Below, piece after piece: positions 51,836 to 64,000 of a DNA stretch of 64,000 nucleotides. The DNA lies in NCBI RefSeq assembly GCF_006345805.1, contig NC_043008.1, forward strand, positions 32,116,001 through 32,180,000. Reading direction: 5' to 3'. The DNA comes from Octopus sinensis. Taxonomy: Eukaryota. The notes under the pieces are model-generated. The model had not been told where the DNA came from, made no database searches, and saw nothing but the letters and a program-made list of their open reading frames with translations. A program made the position numbers and the translations under genes. Position 1 is the stretch's first letter. Each line of letters opens with the position of its first letter.

Positions 51836-52978
51836 AAAATCTTCTTTATCCTTATCTTTTGCAGCCCTTCATACTATGAAAGCACTACTAGTTTCATATA
51901 ATCTAGATGAACAAAGAATACATATTACCAAACATTGGTAATACACTGAAAAAGAAATCTTTATGACAGATTCACTTTCATGGTGGCAGTAGTAAAAGCC
52001 ATCACTTACGTTTGTGTTGTTTTCCTCTCTTAAATTTTTACCTTTTATCCCCTTTTTTTAATTTTTGGAAAATATGTTTTGGCATTTAACCTTTTTATGT
52101 GTAAATCTAAAGCAGACTTGGGATCTTTTCTGTTTGGCAATCACTTTCCAGTTTCTTCAATTTTTGCTCCAATTTGTTTCATATTTGGTATAATAATGTA
52201 GTTTTGTATGGTAATCATTGACATGAAATTCATGTTTGCTATAAATCAGTAAGTAAAGAGTTAATAACTTTAAAATTTTTCAAAATTTGGGTAATTTTAG
52301 CCAATCATAAACAACAAACATATAAGTGCCAGTTTCCATAGTAACAATCCAAGCTGTTACCAGGCTGATTACCCATGTGGTCATTTTTAGCTTATTAAAT
52401 ATTTAAACCACATGAGGTATGAGGGGTCATGAGATGTGCTAAAAATAATAGCTAAATAGGCCTTAAATCATGCACCAAAACTCTTTTTGTTTGGTCTTTG
52501 CATAATCATGTGAATTCACCTGCGCAGAATACAAATTCACAAAAATTTTCTGAAAATTCTCAAAACCAAAAAAGTGATGTGGAGTTTTATGGTATGCATA
52601 AAGTAGAATTCTGTCAATATTTCATTATTTCAATATTGTTTACATTTGACAAAACGTGCAGTCATGCACAAAATGACAGATTCCAAATCTTGTTTTCTGA
52701 CTAGGTAAAAACAATCAAACTTCAAACCACTGTAACTGTTTAAAAAAAATTTTTCTGGAAAAAGTGAATTATCCCCTGATCTTCAATGTAGAAAATTACA
52801 TGACCAAATTTTAAAATTTTCACTAAACTTTAAAATTTCCACATGTGCAACCAAACAAAATATCCTAGAGTTGAAATAACCACAGTCACATATGTAATGA
52901 TATGTGGCACATATTACTTCAGAAACCAGCAAACCATATAAAAGTAGGACCAAGCACATACACACACACTCATACATA

Positions 52979-53196
52979 TGAGGGGGTGCTGAAAAGTTCC
53001 TGGCTTTGAGTAAAAGAAAATACAGGAGGATCAGTTAATTATGATTTTATTCAACATATTCTACTTTCAGATTCATTCCCTTATAGAAGCAGTCCTTCAG
53101 CTTTTCTGACCTCTGTAAAAGAACTTGAAAGGTTGGATCTCCAACCAGGCCTTTCCTGATACCCTTAAAGCCAGAAGCTTTTCAATATCCCCCTTG
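52979..53196. mobile_element. Mariner-type MITE
   Basis: TA|TGAGGGGGTGCTGAAAAGTTCCTGGCT ... AGCCAGAAGCTTTTCAATATCCCCCTTG|TA. Confidence 0.8.
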
Positions 53197-54764
53197 TACA
53201 TGTCAGGTTGTTTTTAAGTGTTATTGGTAATAGGTAATCCAGTGCAACTTGTTGCATAATTAGGATGTCTGTGACTAAATTGGCATTTGCACGAAGTTCA
53301 CCTTGTGAGAAGGACTGTTAGGGTTGTTAGAAATCCAGCAGGAGAATAACAAGATGGATAACCCAAATATAGGGTCAATGGTTATTTAGAAATAGTTAAG
53401 ATAAGCAGATATTATTTTGGAAAATTTCAAGAAAAGTACCCATAGGAGATTGTGTCCTGTACCATAGGCTACTGGTAATGAATGTGTAAACCTGTTGTAA
53501 AAATCTCAACCACTGTTGCAGATAATTTTAAGCAGTCACCATCATCTGGTCAAGGCTACTTGGGAAATTTTCAATGTCCTTTGATTGCTAATATCTCATC
53601 TATGGTCGTAGGTCCTATAGTCAATTTGGAATACCACTCAAACTGACCTGTTTCCCTGACCAAGTTTGAGAAAGGTGTAATTTGTTCCATGAGTTGGGAA
53701 GAATTTCAAAGATAAAGTGTTTCATGTCATGTATTCCATTCCCTGCTACTATCCTGCATTCCAGTGATAATGGAATTTATGCTCTTTTCAAGGTTTTAGG
53801 ATTTCACCATGATCTTCACAGGGTGGCTGATGTGTGCAATGCCTTGACAAAAGGCAACCCATAATTTTGTCCAGGACCACCTGGATATCTACAAGCCATT
53901 CCCCTGTCTGCAAACTGGAGACTTGAATGATTTGAGTTATCATCACCGCACCATTTTATGCATTACATTGTGGTTATGTATGTTATTTTGTGCATTCTGG
54001 TTTGTATCTCTGGTCTACTCAGGCATGTGCTTATTATAATTATTAGCCAAATTTCAGCAAACATTACTTCCTATAAGAAGTAAACTGCAACAGTAAGGGA
54101 AAGCTGCACCAATTTGTTCTTGTTTTGCATCTCAGCCTTCTCCCTAGTTATCTGCCCTAATATGTTGCACACAGCATCCCACTTCAGATTCCATAATTTG
54201 GAGGGAATGGAATAGTCACATCACAAACTCCACATAACACAAACTATTTGTGTGGGCTATTTAGTAATACTATTATTTCCCCATTACTGGCTGCTTTTGA
54301 ATCATTGTAGGTGGGTGACTTCATCATATATGCATATGAAAGTGATATTAGAGTCCTGTCTAATGTAGACAAATACCTAGCCTTTTCTACAATATTTAAA
54401 AAAAATAATATCGTTGTGAAATCAACATTTTTAATGTATGATTAAGGAGATTGATCATGTAAGTTACCTACATATGTGTTTCTTGGTTCCTTCTCTGTTC
54501 CTTTGTTCTTTCCCACCTTCCTTGGTGTTCTCTTTGTATATCCAAAGAAGTATTATGTCTGAAGTGCTAGACTTTTACTTCATAGCTCTCCTCTTATAAC
54601 ATTATTCCTTCTTTGAACGTCAGCCTAATGATAATAACTGTGAATATCTGTTGCACTTTTGTTGCTTTCTTTGTGTTTCATTGTCTTTTATATTTGATTT
54701 GCTGTATGTGTGTGTGTATGTGTGTGTGTGTGTGTGCATGTATATGTATATATGTGTATGTATG

Positions 54765-54812
<48 letters not shown>

Positions 54813-54878
54813 GGTAAGTCTATATATATGTATATGTATGTATATATGTATATATATATATACATGCATATATATATA

Positions 54879-55005
54879 TCTATATATATAAAGCTGAAGT
54901 TGTGTGCGTGGCAGGTTTAGTAGCCTTCAGCTAACACTATCTCCTCTGAGACCCTGTGGTGCAAGTTAACCAAAATTGAGAGTATGATAGAAGAAGGCTT
55001 GCTGC
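54879..55005 (+). mobile_element. Helitron 5' end, truncated
   Basis: A|TCTATATATATAAAGCTGAAGTTGTGTG, very like 18370. Confidence 0.65.
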
Positions 55006-55300
55006 GACACTGGCATAGGCCACAGCTATGGTCTCACTTGGCTTGCGAGATCTTCTCAAGCACAACATATCTCCAAACGTCTCAGTCACCTGTCATGCTT
55101 CTGTGAGGCCCAACGTCCGAAGGTCATGCTTCACCACCTAGTCCCAGGTCTTCCTGGGTCTACCTCTTCCATTGGCTACTTCCACTGTTAGGGTGTCTGC
55201 CCTCATCGATATATAACACGTGACTATGCCAGTGCAGTTGTCTCTCTTGCACACCACATCTGATATTTCTCTCAGGGTACTTACACTCTGTCGTGTATGG
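55005..55300 (-). mobile_element. RTE LINE ORF C-terminal fragment
   Basis: TLTVE..NGRGRPRKTWD.VVKHDLRTLGLTEA.T.D..VWRY.VLEK. Confidence 0.85.
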
Positions 55301-55744
55301 GTATACATACATACAAACTTACATACATACATATATATATACATACACACACACACACACATACATACATACATACATAAACATACATACATACATAAAC
55401 ATGCATACATAAACATACATACATACATACATACATAAACATACATACATACATACATACATAAACATACATACATTCATACATACGTAAACATACATAC
55501 ATACATATTTATATATATTTATATATATATATGGATGGATGTGTATGTATATTTTTTCACACACACACACATATATGGGTCTTTGAAATATTTGAAAATG
55601 GGTCCAATAAACATATTCTATATTTTATGAAGGGCAATTTTCCTTTATAATGAGTTATTGAAACTTGGTTTAAATGTCTGCATCTGCATTCCATTAGAAA
55701 ATTGAGCACACACACATTCATATAATTTGTAAACATCTAATTAT

Positions 55745-55796
<52 letters not shown>

Positions 55797-56360
55797 ATAT
55801 GTTGGAAGGTTTGGAGATGATGTACAGGTATTATATATTAGAAGAAATGAGGTACTCAGAAAATCGGATGGTTTATATTTACAGATATTTACAGATACAC
55901 ACATGTTCTCTCTCTCATTTTCTCCTCATCCATCACCCTCTTGTACTGTCTTATATTCCTCCCCACCACTATAAACTCAATACCACTATAAAATGGTCAA
56001 AACTACTCACACAGGAACTTAGTTTGATTTGAAAACCCCACTAGAATGTACTAAGTTATATGATATATAAAAAATGTAATATACGAATAAATATCTGTAA
56101 ATATAAACCATCTGATTTTCTGAGTACCTCATTTCTTCTAATATATATATATAAATGTATTAATATAGATGTTATTTTACCAATTTATATTCATGTTTTT
56201 TATAATAATTACTGGTATCCTTATATATTACAATATTTTATATCTTATATGTAAAGAATAATGTTATATGTATGTATATTATTGTAATTATCAGTTTAAT
56301 AAATAAATAAATAAGTTAACATAATATAACCACCTATTGTTCTCCTCCATTTTCTTATTG

Positions 56361-56417
<57 letters not shown>

Positions 56418-56418
<1 letters not shown>

Positions 56419-56519
56419 TAGCAGTATAACCCGGCCTTGCCCGGGATTAAGTTTAGGATTATTAAACTAATCAAGTTCTTTATTTCAAACCAAACTAAGT
56501 AATATCGACGTCAAATTTG

Positions 56520-56520
<1 letters not shown>
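56418..56520 (-). mobile_element. Helitron 3' end
   Basis: CCCGGGCAAGGCCGGGTTATACTGCTAG|T on the minus strand. Confidence 0.75.
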
Positions 56521-57625
<1,105 letters not shown>

Positions 57626-57659
57626 ATGATAATAATAATAATAATAATAGTAATAATAA

Positions 57660-57966
57660 TAATAGATTTTGGTATACCATATGATAGAAATTAAAAAAAT
57701 TGAGAAATATGAGGAATTGAAGAGAATGTGGTAGACTAAGACAACAATTATTTCCATAGTGATTGGTGCACTTGGTACATTACCCAAACTGCTACCCGAG
57801 AAACTGAAAAATAATGGAACTGAGACTTGCATTGTTGAACAGAAGAAAAGTGCCATCTTGTATTCTGCAAGCTTTTTAAGAATGGTTCTTGTGAATTGGG
57901 GAGACCTCTTGTCATCAAACCTCAAGATAATATTCCTGTGAATTAAATTAGTATGTAATAGCCCTG

Positions 57967-57995
<29 letters not shown>
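57660..57995 (+). mobile_element. R4/Dong-like LINE 3' end with (AAT)n tail
   Basis: KIEKYEEL....IVIGALGT.PK....QKSAILYSA..LR.VL. Confidence 0.8.
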
Positions 57996-58000
<5 letters not shown>

Positions 58001-58009
58001 TATTATTAT

Positions 58010-58290
58010 TAGTGCCGCCTCGACTGGCTTCCGTGTCAGTGGCATGTAAAATGCACCAATCCGATCGTGGCCATTGCCAGCCTCGCCTGGCACCTGTGCA
58101 GGTGGCACGTAAAAAGCACCCACTACACTCACGGAGTGGTTGGCGTTAGGAAAGGCATCCAGCTGTAGAAACACTGCCAGATCAGACTGGAGCCTGGTGC
58201 AGCCTTCTGGCTTCCCAGATCCCCGGTCGAACCGTCCAACCCATGCTAGTATGGAGAACGGACGTTAAACGATGATGATGATGATGATTA
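58010..58290 (+). mobile_element. RTE-type 3' UTR/short retroposon
   Basis: gtggcacgtaaaaagcacccactacactcacggagtggttggcgttaggaaaggcatccagc..ggacgttaaacgatgatgatg. Confidence 0.88.
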
Positions 58291-58309
58291 TTATTATTAG
58301 TATTAGTAT

Positions 58310-61300
58310 TATAAAAGCGAACCTAAAGGAAGGTGCTATAGAAAACAGATGTTAACACTTTGGATAGAGAATTGTATGTTTAAAGTGACTGAGCAAAGAT
58401 TAGTAGATCAAGCTAATGCTATTAGAAGCAAGTGAATGACAGAATTGGAGGTGGAAGAGATCACAAAGGAATAGGAAAAGAAAGGCCAGAAAGTAGGAAA
58501 AGGAAACAACAACATAAAAGATACAGTTCAAACCAAAGAAGAACCTATAAAAATAACAATTGTACTACTAACAAGAAAGGGACTACCAGCACCAGAGTTT
58601 TAAGTGATTTAAGTGAGGAAGATCAGAAGATTTTAGATGAGTTGCAGGAAGTAATGAGTAAAGATGTAAGAAAAAGATTGCCAGCATTAAAAAGTACCAA
58701 CAGAAGGAAGCTGCTAGATGTGACTAGGAAAGTAGATTCTGTTATCAGTAGGACAGATATTTTTTATCTATGCAGGAGGAGTAGCAGTTACTAGAAGATT
58801 AGATATTCCACAAGGAAAGATTAGAAAAGAGCAAATGGGGAAAAGGAGACTATAAAATAAAGTGAAGACTTTAAGACAAGACCTAAGTAGAATAGAAGTC
58901 TGGAAACTGAACAAGTTAGGAAATACAAGATTTATATCTTTTCTTGAGAAAAGATGCTTAGTCAAAGACAAAGGATTTGGGTCAATCATAGAAGAGTAGC
59001 AGGTAAGCTTTCCAGATATCAGAAAAAGAATATATCAGTATCAACAGAATATATTATTTAAGACAAACCAGAAGAGATTTTATAGCCAAATAAATAGTGG
59101 GAAAGAAAGTAATGAATATGAGAAATCTAATGCAGAAGTTAGAAAATTTTGGAGTAATATTTGGGATAAGCCAGTTGATCATAATGGAGATGCAGTATGG
59201 TAAAAGAAAGTGAGGGAAGAAGTAGTGAGTGAGAAGCAGCGAGGTTTAAGACTAACTAGTGCATTAATGTGTAAAGCATTAGGGAAAATACCAAATTGGA
59301 AGGGCCCAGGACTAAATTTAGTTCAAGAGTACGGTTAAAGAAATTTAGTAGGCTGAGGGAACAACTTCAAGATTGCTTTAATGGAGGAATAATACAAGAC
59401 TGTATGATGAGAGGGAGAACAATACTCCTTATGAAAGACAAAAGCAAGGGTAATATAGCTAGCAGTTATAGACCAATCACTTGTTTACCATTAGTTTGGA
59501 AGCTGTTAACAGGAATGCTTTCAGAAAGCCCTTATGAGCACCTTGACAACCAGAAATTACTGCCAGGAGAACACAAAGGTTGCAAGAAGAAGGCTAGCGG
59601 GTGCATGATCTATTATATTCATCTGAATGAACTAAAATCTAGAAAGAAAAATCCAACAATAGCATGGATAGATTTAGAAGGTCTTTGACATGATCCTACA
59701 CTCATGGATAAGTGAATGTTTGAGTATATTCAGTAAAGCAGACAACATAAGACATTTATTTAGCTTTAGCATGAAGAAATAGAAAGTAGATCTCTACTCA
59801 GGTGATACAGTCTTAGGAAAAGTTAATATCAAGAGAGGAATTTCCCAGAGGGACTCATTGTCCCCTTTAATATTTGTCTTATGTTTGACTCCCACCCCCA
59901 TCAGTTTAGTATTAAGGAAGGCAATGGCAGGGTACCAGTTCAGAAACAGTAAGGGAAAAATTAACCATTTGCTCTACATGGAGGAATAATTTGCTCTACA
60001 TGGATGATCTGAAGCTTTTTAGTAAGAATGAAAAAGAAACAACTTTCTTTATATAGAATGTAAGACTCTTCAGCAAAGCTATAAGCTTGGAATTTGGCAT
60101 AGATAAGTGTGCAATATTAGTCATGAAAAGGGGACTGGTAGTCAATAGTGATGGCATCTAATTACCAGATGGCCAGGCATTAAAATCACAGAAAGAAGGA
60201 GAGAGTTATAAGTATCTGGGAGTATTAGAATCTGACAGAGTACTAACTATAGAAATGAAAACAAAAACTGAAAAGGAGTACATCAGAAGGGTGAGGAAGC
60301 TAATGAAGTTAGAGCTAAATGGTCTGAATCTAGTGAAAGCTATAAATACTTGGGCAGTATCATTACAGTATCATATACTCAGAAGATATTGCAGATTGGA
60401 TAAAAATTGAATTAGTAAAGCTAGACAGAAGAATGAGGAAGTGTTTGAACACAGAGAAAAACAATGACGAGGACTACATAACATATGCTGTAAACAGGGA
60501 ATGTGAGAAGTTTAAGCTGGATGAATTAACATCAGATATTTTCAAATGCCTGATTTTTTTCACAGGGACTTACTGCTGAAAAGGACGCAGAAATTAGAAC
60601 TAGAATTCTCGCTAAACTGGAACAAAACCAGGATGTAACCCTACAACAAGTGTAGCATAATCAAATTAGAACACAACATTGCATAATCAAATTAGGACAC
60701 AACATTGAGGAAATTGAACATAAAGATTGTTTCCAAGTAAAACAAGTGTGAATAGTCAGAATAGAGATATAAAGTGCTTTCTAAAAAACATGACAGAAGT
60801 CAGGAAATAAACTCATGTTTTGTATGTGGAGGTATACACCTGAGGAAAATCGTCCTTTTAAGAAAGTGGAGTGTTTTTGTTGTGGTAATATCGGACACAT
60901 AAAGACGCACTGTAGAATGAAGATGGCAAAATGTCAGAAAAAAGGAAAATGAATAAATAGTATGTTATCAGAAGAAATTAGTAATATAACAATGAGAAAA
61001 TTTGTGAAGGTGAAAATCAGAAATACAAGTGTTAAAATGCAATTGGACACTGCATTTTAACTTTTGTATTTCTAATATCTCCATTATAAACAAAAACATT
61101 TAGAAATATGTCGGTAAGTCGAAATTAATTAAATAAAAAAAGATAGCACATGGTGTTATAGGAAAAAGATTTTATTTTTTATGGTGAATTCATATACAAT
61201 GTAACATTTCGAGGTCAAACGAAAAAGGCAAAGATATATGCGTGAAAAAGTTCACTTAATTTATTTGGCACAGAGTGGATGGAACTATTCAAAGTATGGA

Positions 61301-63535
61301 ATATGCCCATAAATGTTTTGTGTGGAAATATAGTCGGTTCACTTGAAGGTTCGAATGCGACTGAGGGACGGAAACAAAAAATTGCAATAAAACAAAGTGG
61401 AACACCTGTATGTAAAACAAATCAAAATGGAAAATTACCCACGATAAAAAGTAAACATTGTTCAAAAATAGATATTCCATGGTCAAGAATACACATCGAT
61501 GTTGTTGGTCCTTTAAATGGTGATTACAACTTAGTAATAGTTGATAGTTTTGCGAAATGGTCTGAAATTTGTAAGTGTAAAAAACCAACCTCCTCAACTG
61601 TGATAAATTTTTTACATGAATTGTTCGCAAGATTTGGCATCTCAGATAGGATAGTGTCTGACAGTGGAACATGATTTGTGTCCAGCAAATTTAAAAGATT
61701 TTGTGAGATGTTTATGGTAGAACATATGACTACAGCACCATACCATACTGGATCTAATGGACTGGCAGAACACTTTGTTGATACCATCAAAAGAGCCCTT
61801 AGAATAAAAGATTCATGGATGAGGTAAGTCTACAACAATTTTTAAGAGTGTACTGTGTGACACCAAATCTAAATACACCAGCAGGGAGATCACCAGTGGA
61901 GCTGATGTTTGCATGGAAAGTAAAATCAGTCTTTGATAAATTGTTACCTGGCAAGGAAAGAAAAAGTGCCAGGGAAGACATAGCAAAATTCTTTAAAGTT
62001 GGTGTAAAGGTGTAAATGAGGGCATACAAGAATGGAAAGCAGAGATAGAAAGATGGTGTAATTACACCAAATGCATAGTTAAAATGAAGTATTGGGTAAA
62101 AAGTAGAAAAGACATACAAAAGTGACACAAGAATCAACTGAAAAAGCTATTCGTGGAAAGCAGTCCAAAGAAGTTAGAGGAACTGATGGAATGGTTGTAT
62201 GATACGTTCCAAGTACCAACACCACTGCAGATGATTGAACCCAGACGTACAAGTGAGAGGAAAAGAAAACATACAGAGTTCCTGAAAATAGATACCAAGT
62301 ACAAAAAATATTAAATTGTACAAAAAATAAAAATAAAAAAAGGGAGTTGGGGTGAATAAAAAAAGTATTGCTAAATAAAATGACACTTCCTAAGAAAAAC
62401 TTAAAAGCAGAAATGTTGTCAGGAATTAGTAATAATGGTACACTCCTCCTATGTGATGAAAGGAATAACCTAGTCACTATAAGTAAGATAATTGTATCTT
62501 TACTAGTTTTACTAAATTTACTGTATACCGATGTGGGTGTTATAACAATCCAACATTTTAAGGATATAACAAATACTGACTGGCACTACCTACAAAGAAA
62601 GAAAGGTGACAGAGAATTGCTAAATGAAGAAGACATTGTTAATACTGCGATACTGGGTCTGAAAAATTATGCTCTGCAGAGTAAAAAAAGAATACCCAAG
62701 AAGTGACTGAAACAGTAAAAGAATTCAAAGAGAATAGGAAGAACAATAGAACAAGGAAATGGTAAGAAATGGCACTACATAGTCAATTCATGGAAAAAAC
62801 CAAGAATGTTGGAAGTAAAGATTGCTGGCTCTGGCTGATAGACAGGAATATGAAATGAGAGGCAGAAAAGCTTATAACAGCTGCTCAGGAACAAGCTCTT
62901 TGAACAAATCTGCTAAAGGTAAGGATTGACAAAACTCATTCAGACAGCAAATGTAGAATCTGCAAGAAGGGAGTGCAGTATACTAGCAAGAAATGAGTGT
63001 GAGCACAAACATGACTGTGTAGGCAAACAAGTGCATTGGGGTGTTAACCGAGTGTGTGACTTCAAAACAACAGAAAAGTAGTATGAACACAAACAAGATA
63101 CTGTGATAGGAAATGAGAATTACAAGGTCTTGGGAGTCTTCGCCATAAAGACTGACCATACTATTGAAACAAGAAGGCTGGATATGATCATAAAAGACAA
63201 AATAAACAGTGTGAGATCATAGATTTTGCAATTCCCTATGATAGCAGTATTGAAATCAAAGAAATTGAAAAAATTGAGAAATATTAAGATCTAGCCAGAG
63301 ATCTGGGGAGATTGTGGAAGACCAAGACAACAATTATTCCTGTAGTGAGTGGTGCATTTGGCATGACACTCAAAATGCTACTTCAAAGTACCATCCTATA
63401 TTCTGTATGAATCCTAAGGAAGATCCTTGAGATTTGAGGAGACTTGTTGAGATCATACATCAAGATAAAATGCCTGTTAACTAAATTAGCACATACTGGA
63501 GTAATAATAATAATAATAATAATAATGATAATAAT
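58310..63535 (+). mobile_element. R4/Dong-like LINE (RT, CCHC, RLE), decayed and split by a Gypsy insertion
   Basis: KGNIASSYRPITCLPLVWKLLTG, GIFQGDSLSP, HLLYMDDLKLF, YKYLG; resumes after 62547 with Y..RKKG.R.L, AAQEQAL, CRIC, IDFAIPYDS..E.KE.EKIEKY, GAFG; (AAT)n tail at about 63500. Confidence 0.88.
60450..62547 (+). mobile_element. Ty3/Gypsy remnant: gag, protease start, integrase and 3' LTR; RT/RNase H and 5' LTR missing
   Basis: VNRECEKFKL.ELT.D.FKCLIF, two zinc knuckles, QLDT, PWSRIHID..GP..VIVDSFAKW..LFARFG....VSD.GT..YH..SNGLAE..V; LTR TGTTG..TAACA at 62414-62547. Confidence 0.88.
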
Positions 63536-63539
63536 AGCT

Positions 63540-64000
63540 TTGGCCACGAACTGGAGGGTCAACCTGAGGAAGGAGCAAGTGTCTTTGCTGTGCTACATCT
63601 GTAGTAGAGTGGATGAAACCATTGCCCATATCACGAATGAATGCTCTAGACTTGTCCAAAACCACTACAAGTTATGGTGACACAACCAGGTAGCAAAAGT
63701 GCTACATTGGAAACTGTGTGAAAAGTGGGGACTAGAGAGAAGCACAGAGTACAAACCACAGAGAGCGGTGGACTTGGAGACTAGCAAAATCCTCTGGGAT
63801 TTCCCAATCCAAACAGATCAGGTGCTAGAGCATAACAGACAAGGTGCACTACATATGCTATATAGTTGATGCTGCTTGCCCCTTTGAACCATGAATAGTT
63901 AAGAAGGAAAGCAAAAAGATAGATGGATAGTATGGTCAGCCTCTTAAGTACGAAATAGCCTGGCTATGGAAAACGGAGGTGAAGATAGTGCCAATTATTG
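63540..64000 (+). mobile_element. Further R4/Dong-like CCHC/RLE fragment running off the window
   Basis: CYICSRVDETIAHITNECSRL..HNQVAKVLHWKLC..KILWDFPIQTDQVLEHNR. Confidence 0.85.

Noticed and set aside
51606-51941. Poly-L/I, poly-T/A/N and poly-Y/C ORFs
   Set aside because: Compound trinucleotide microsatellite; no splice or domain support.
53400-54000. Possible integrase remnant (SDNG-like motif)
   Set aside because: Too degenerate to call.
54530-54580. Faint hammerhead-like spacing (CCAAAGA..GAAG)
   Set aside because: Core has several mismatches and the stems are unsupported.

Overview
AT-rich, repeat-saturated animal genomic DNA with a 100-N assembly gap at 39945-40044. It is most likely an octopus or other coleoid cephalopod; this is an inference from the SINE/LINE/Helitron repertoire and the extreme (TA)n/(CA)n density. 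Only one host gene is supported. It has two + strand exons (38040-38231 and 48365-49334) that splice in frame to give a cysteine-rich protein with six peritrophin-A/CBM14 chitin-binding domains; its first exon was not found. Almost everything else is transposon debris: two tRNA-type SINE families, RTE, CR1-like and R4/Dong-like LINE remnants, four Ty3/Gypsy remnants, mariner/Tc1 elements, several MITE families, many Helitrons and several spacer-less palindromes. The most unusual signals are (i) two covarying minimal hammerhead-ribozyme folds with a non-canonical position 4 inside inverted-repeat elements, (ii) a SINE whose 3' tail matches a CR1-like LINE in the same window, (iii) RTE 3' UTRs carrying variable tandem repeats and (iv) a 77-bp hairpin 'mini-LTR'. 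Most ORFs in the supplied track are microsatellite artefacts or TE fragments. TE coordinates are approximate unless termini are quoted.
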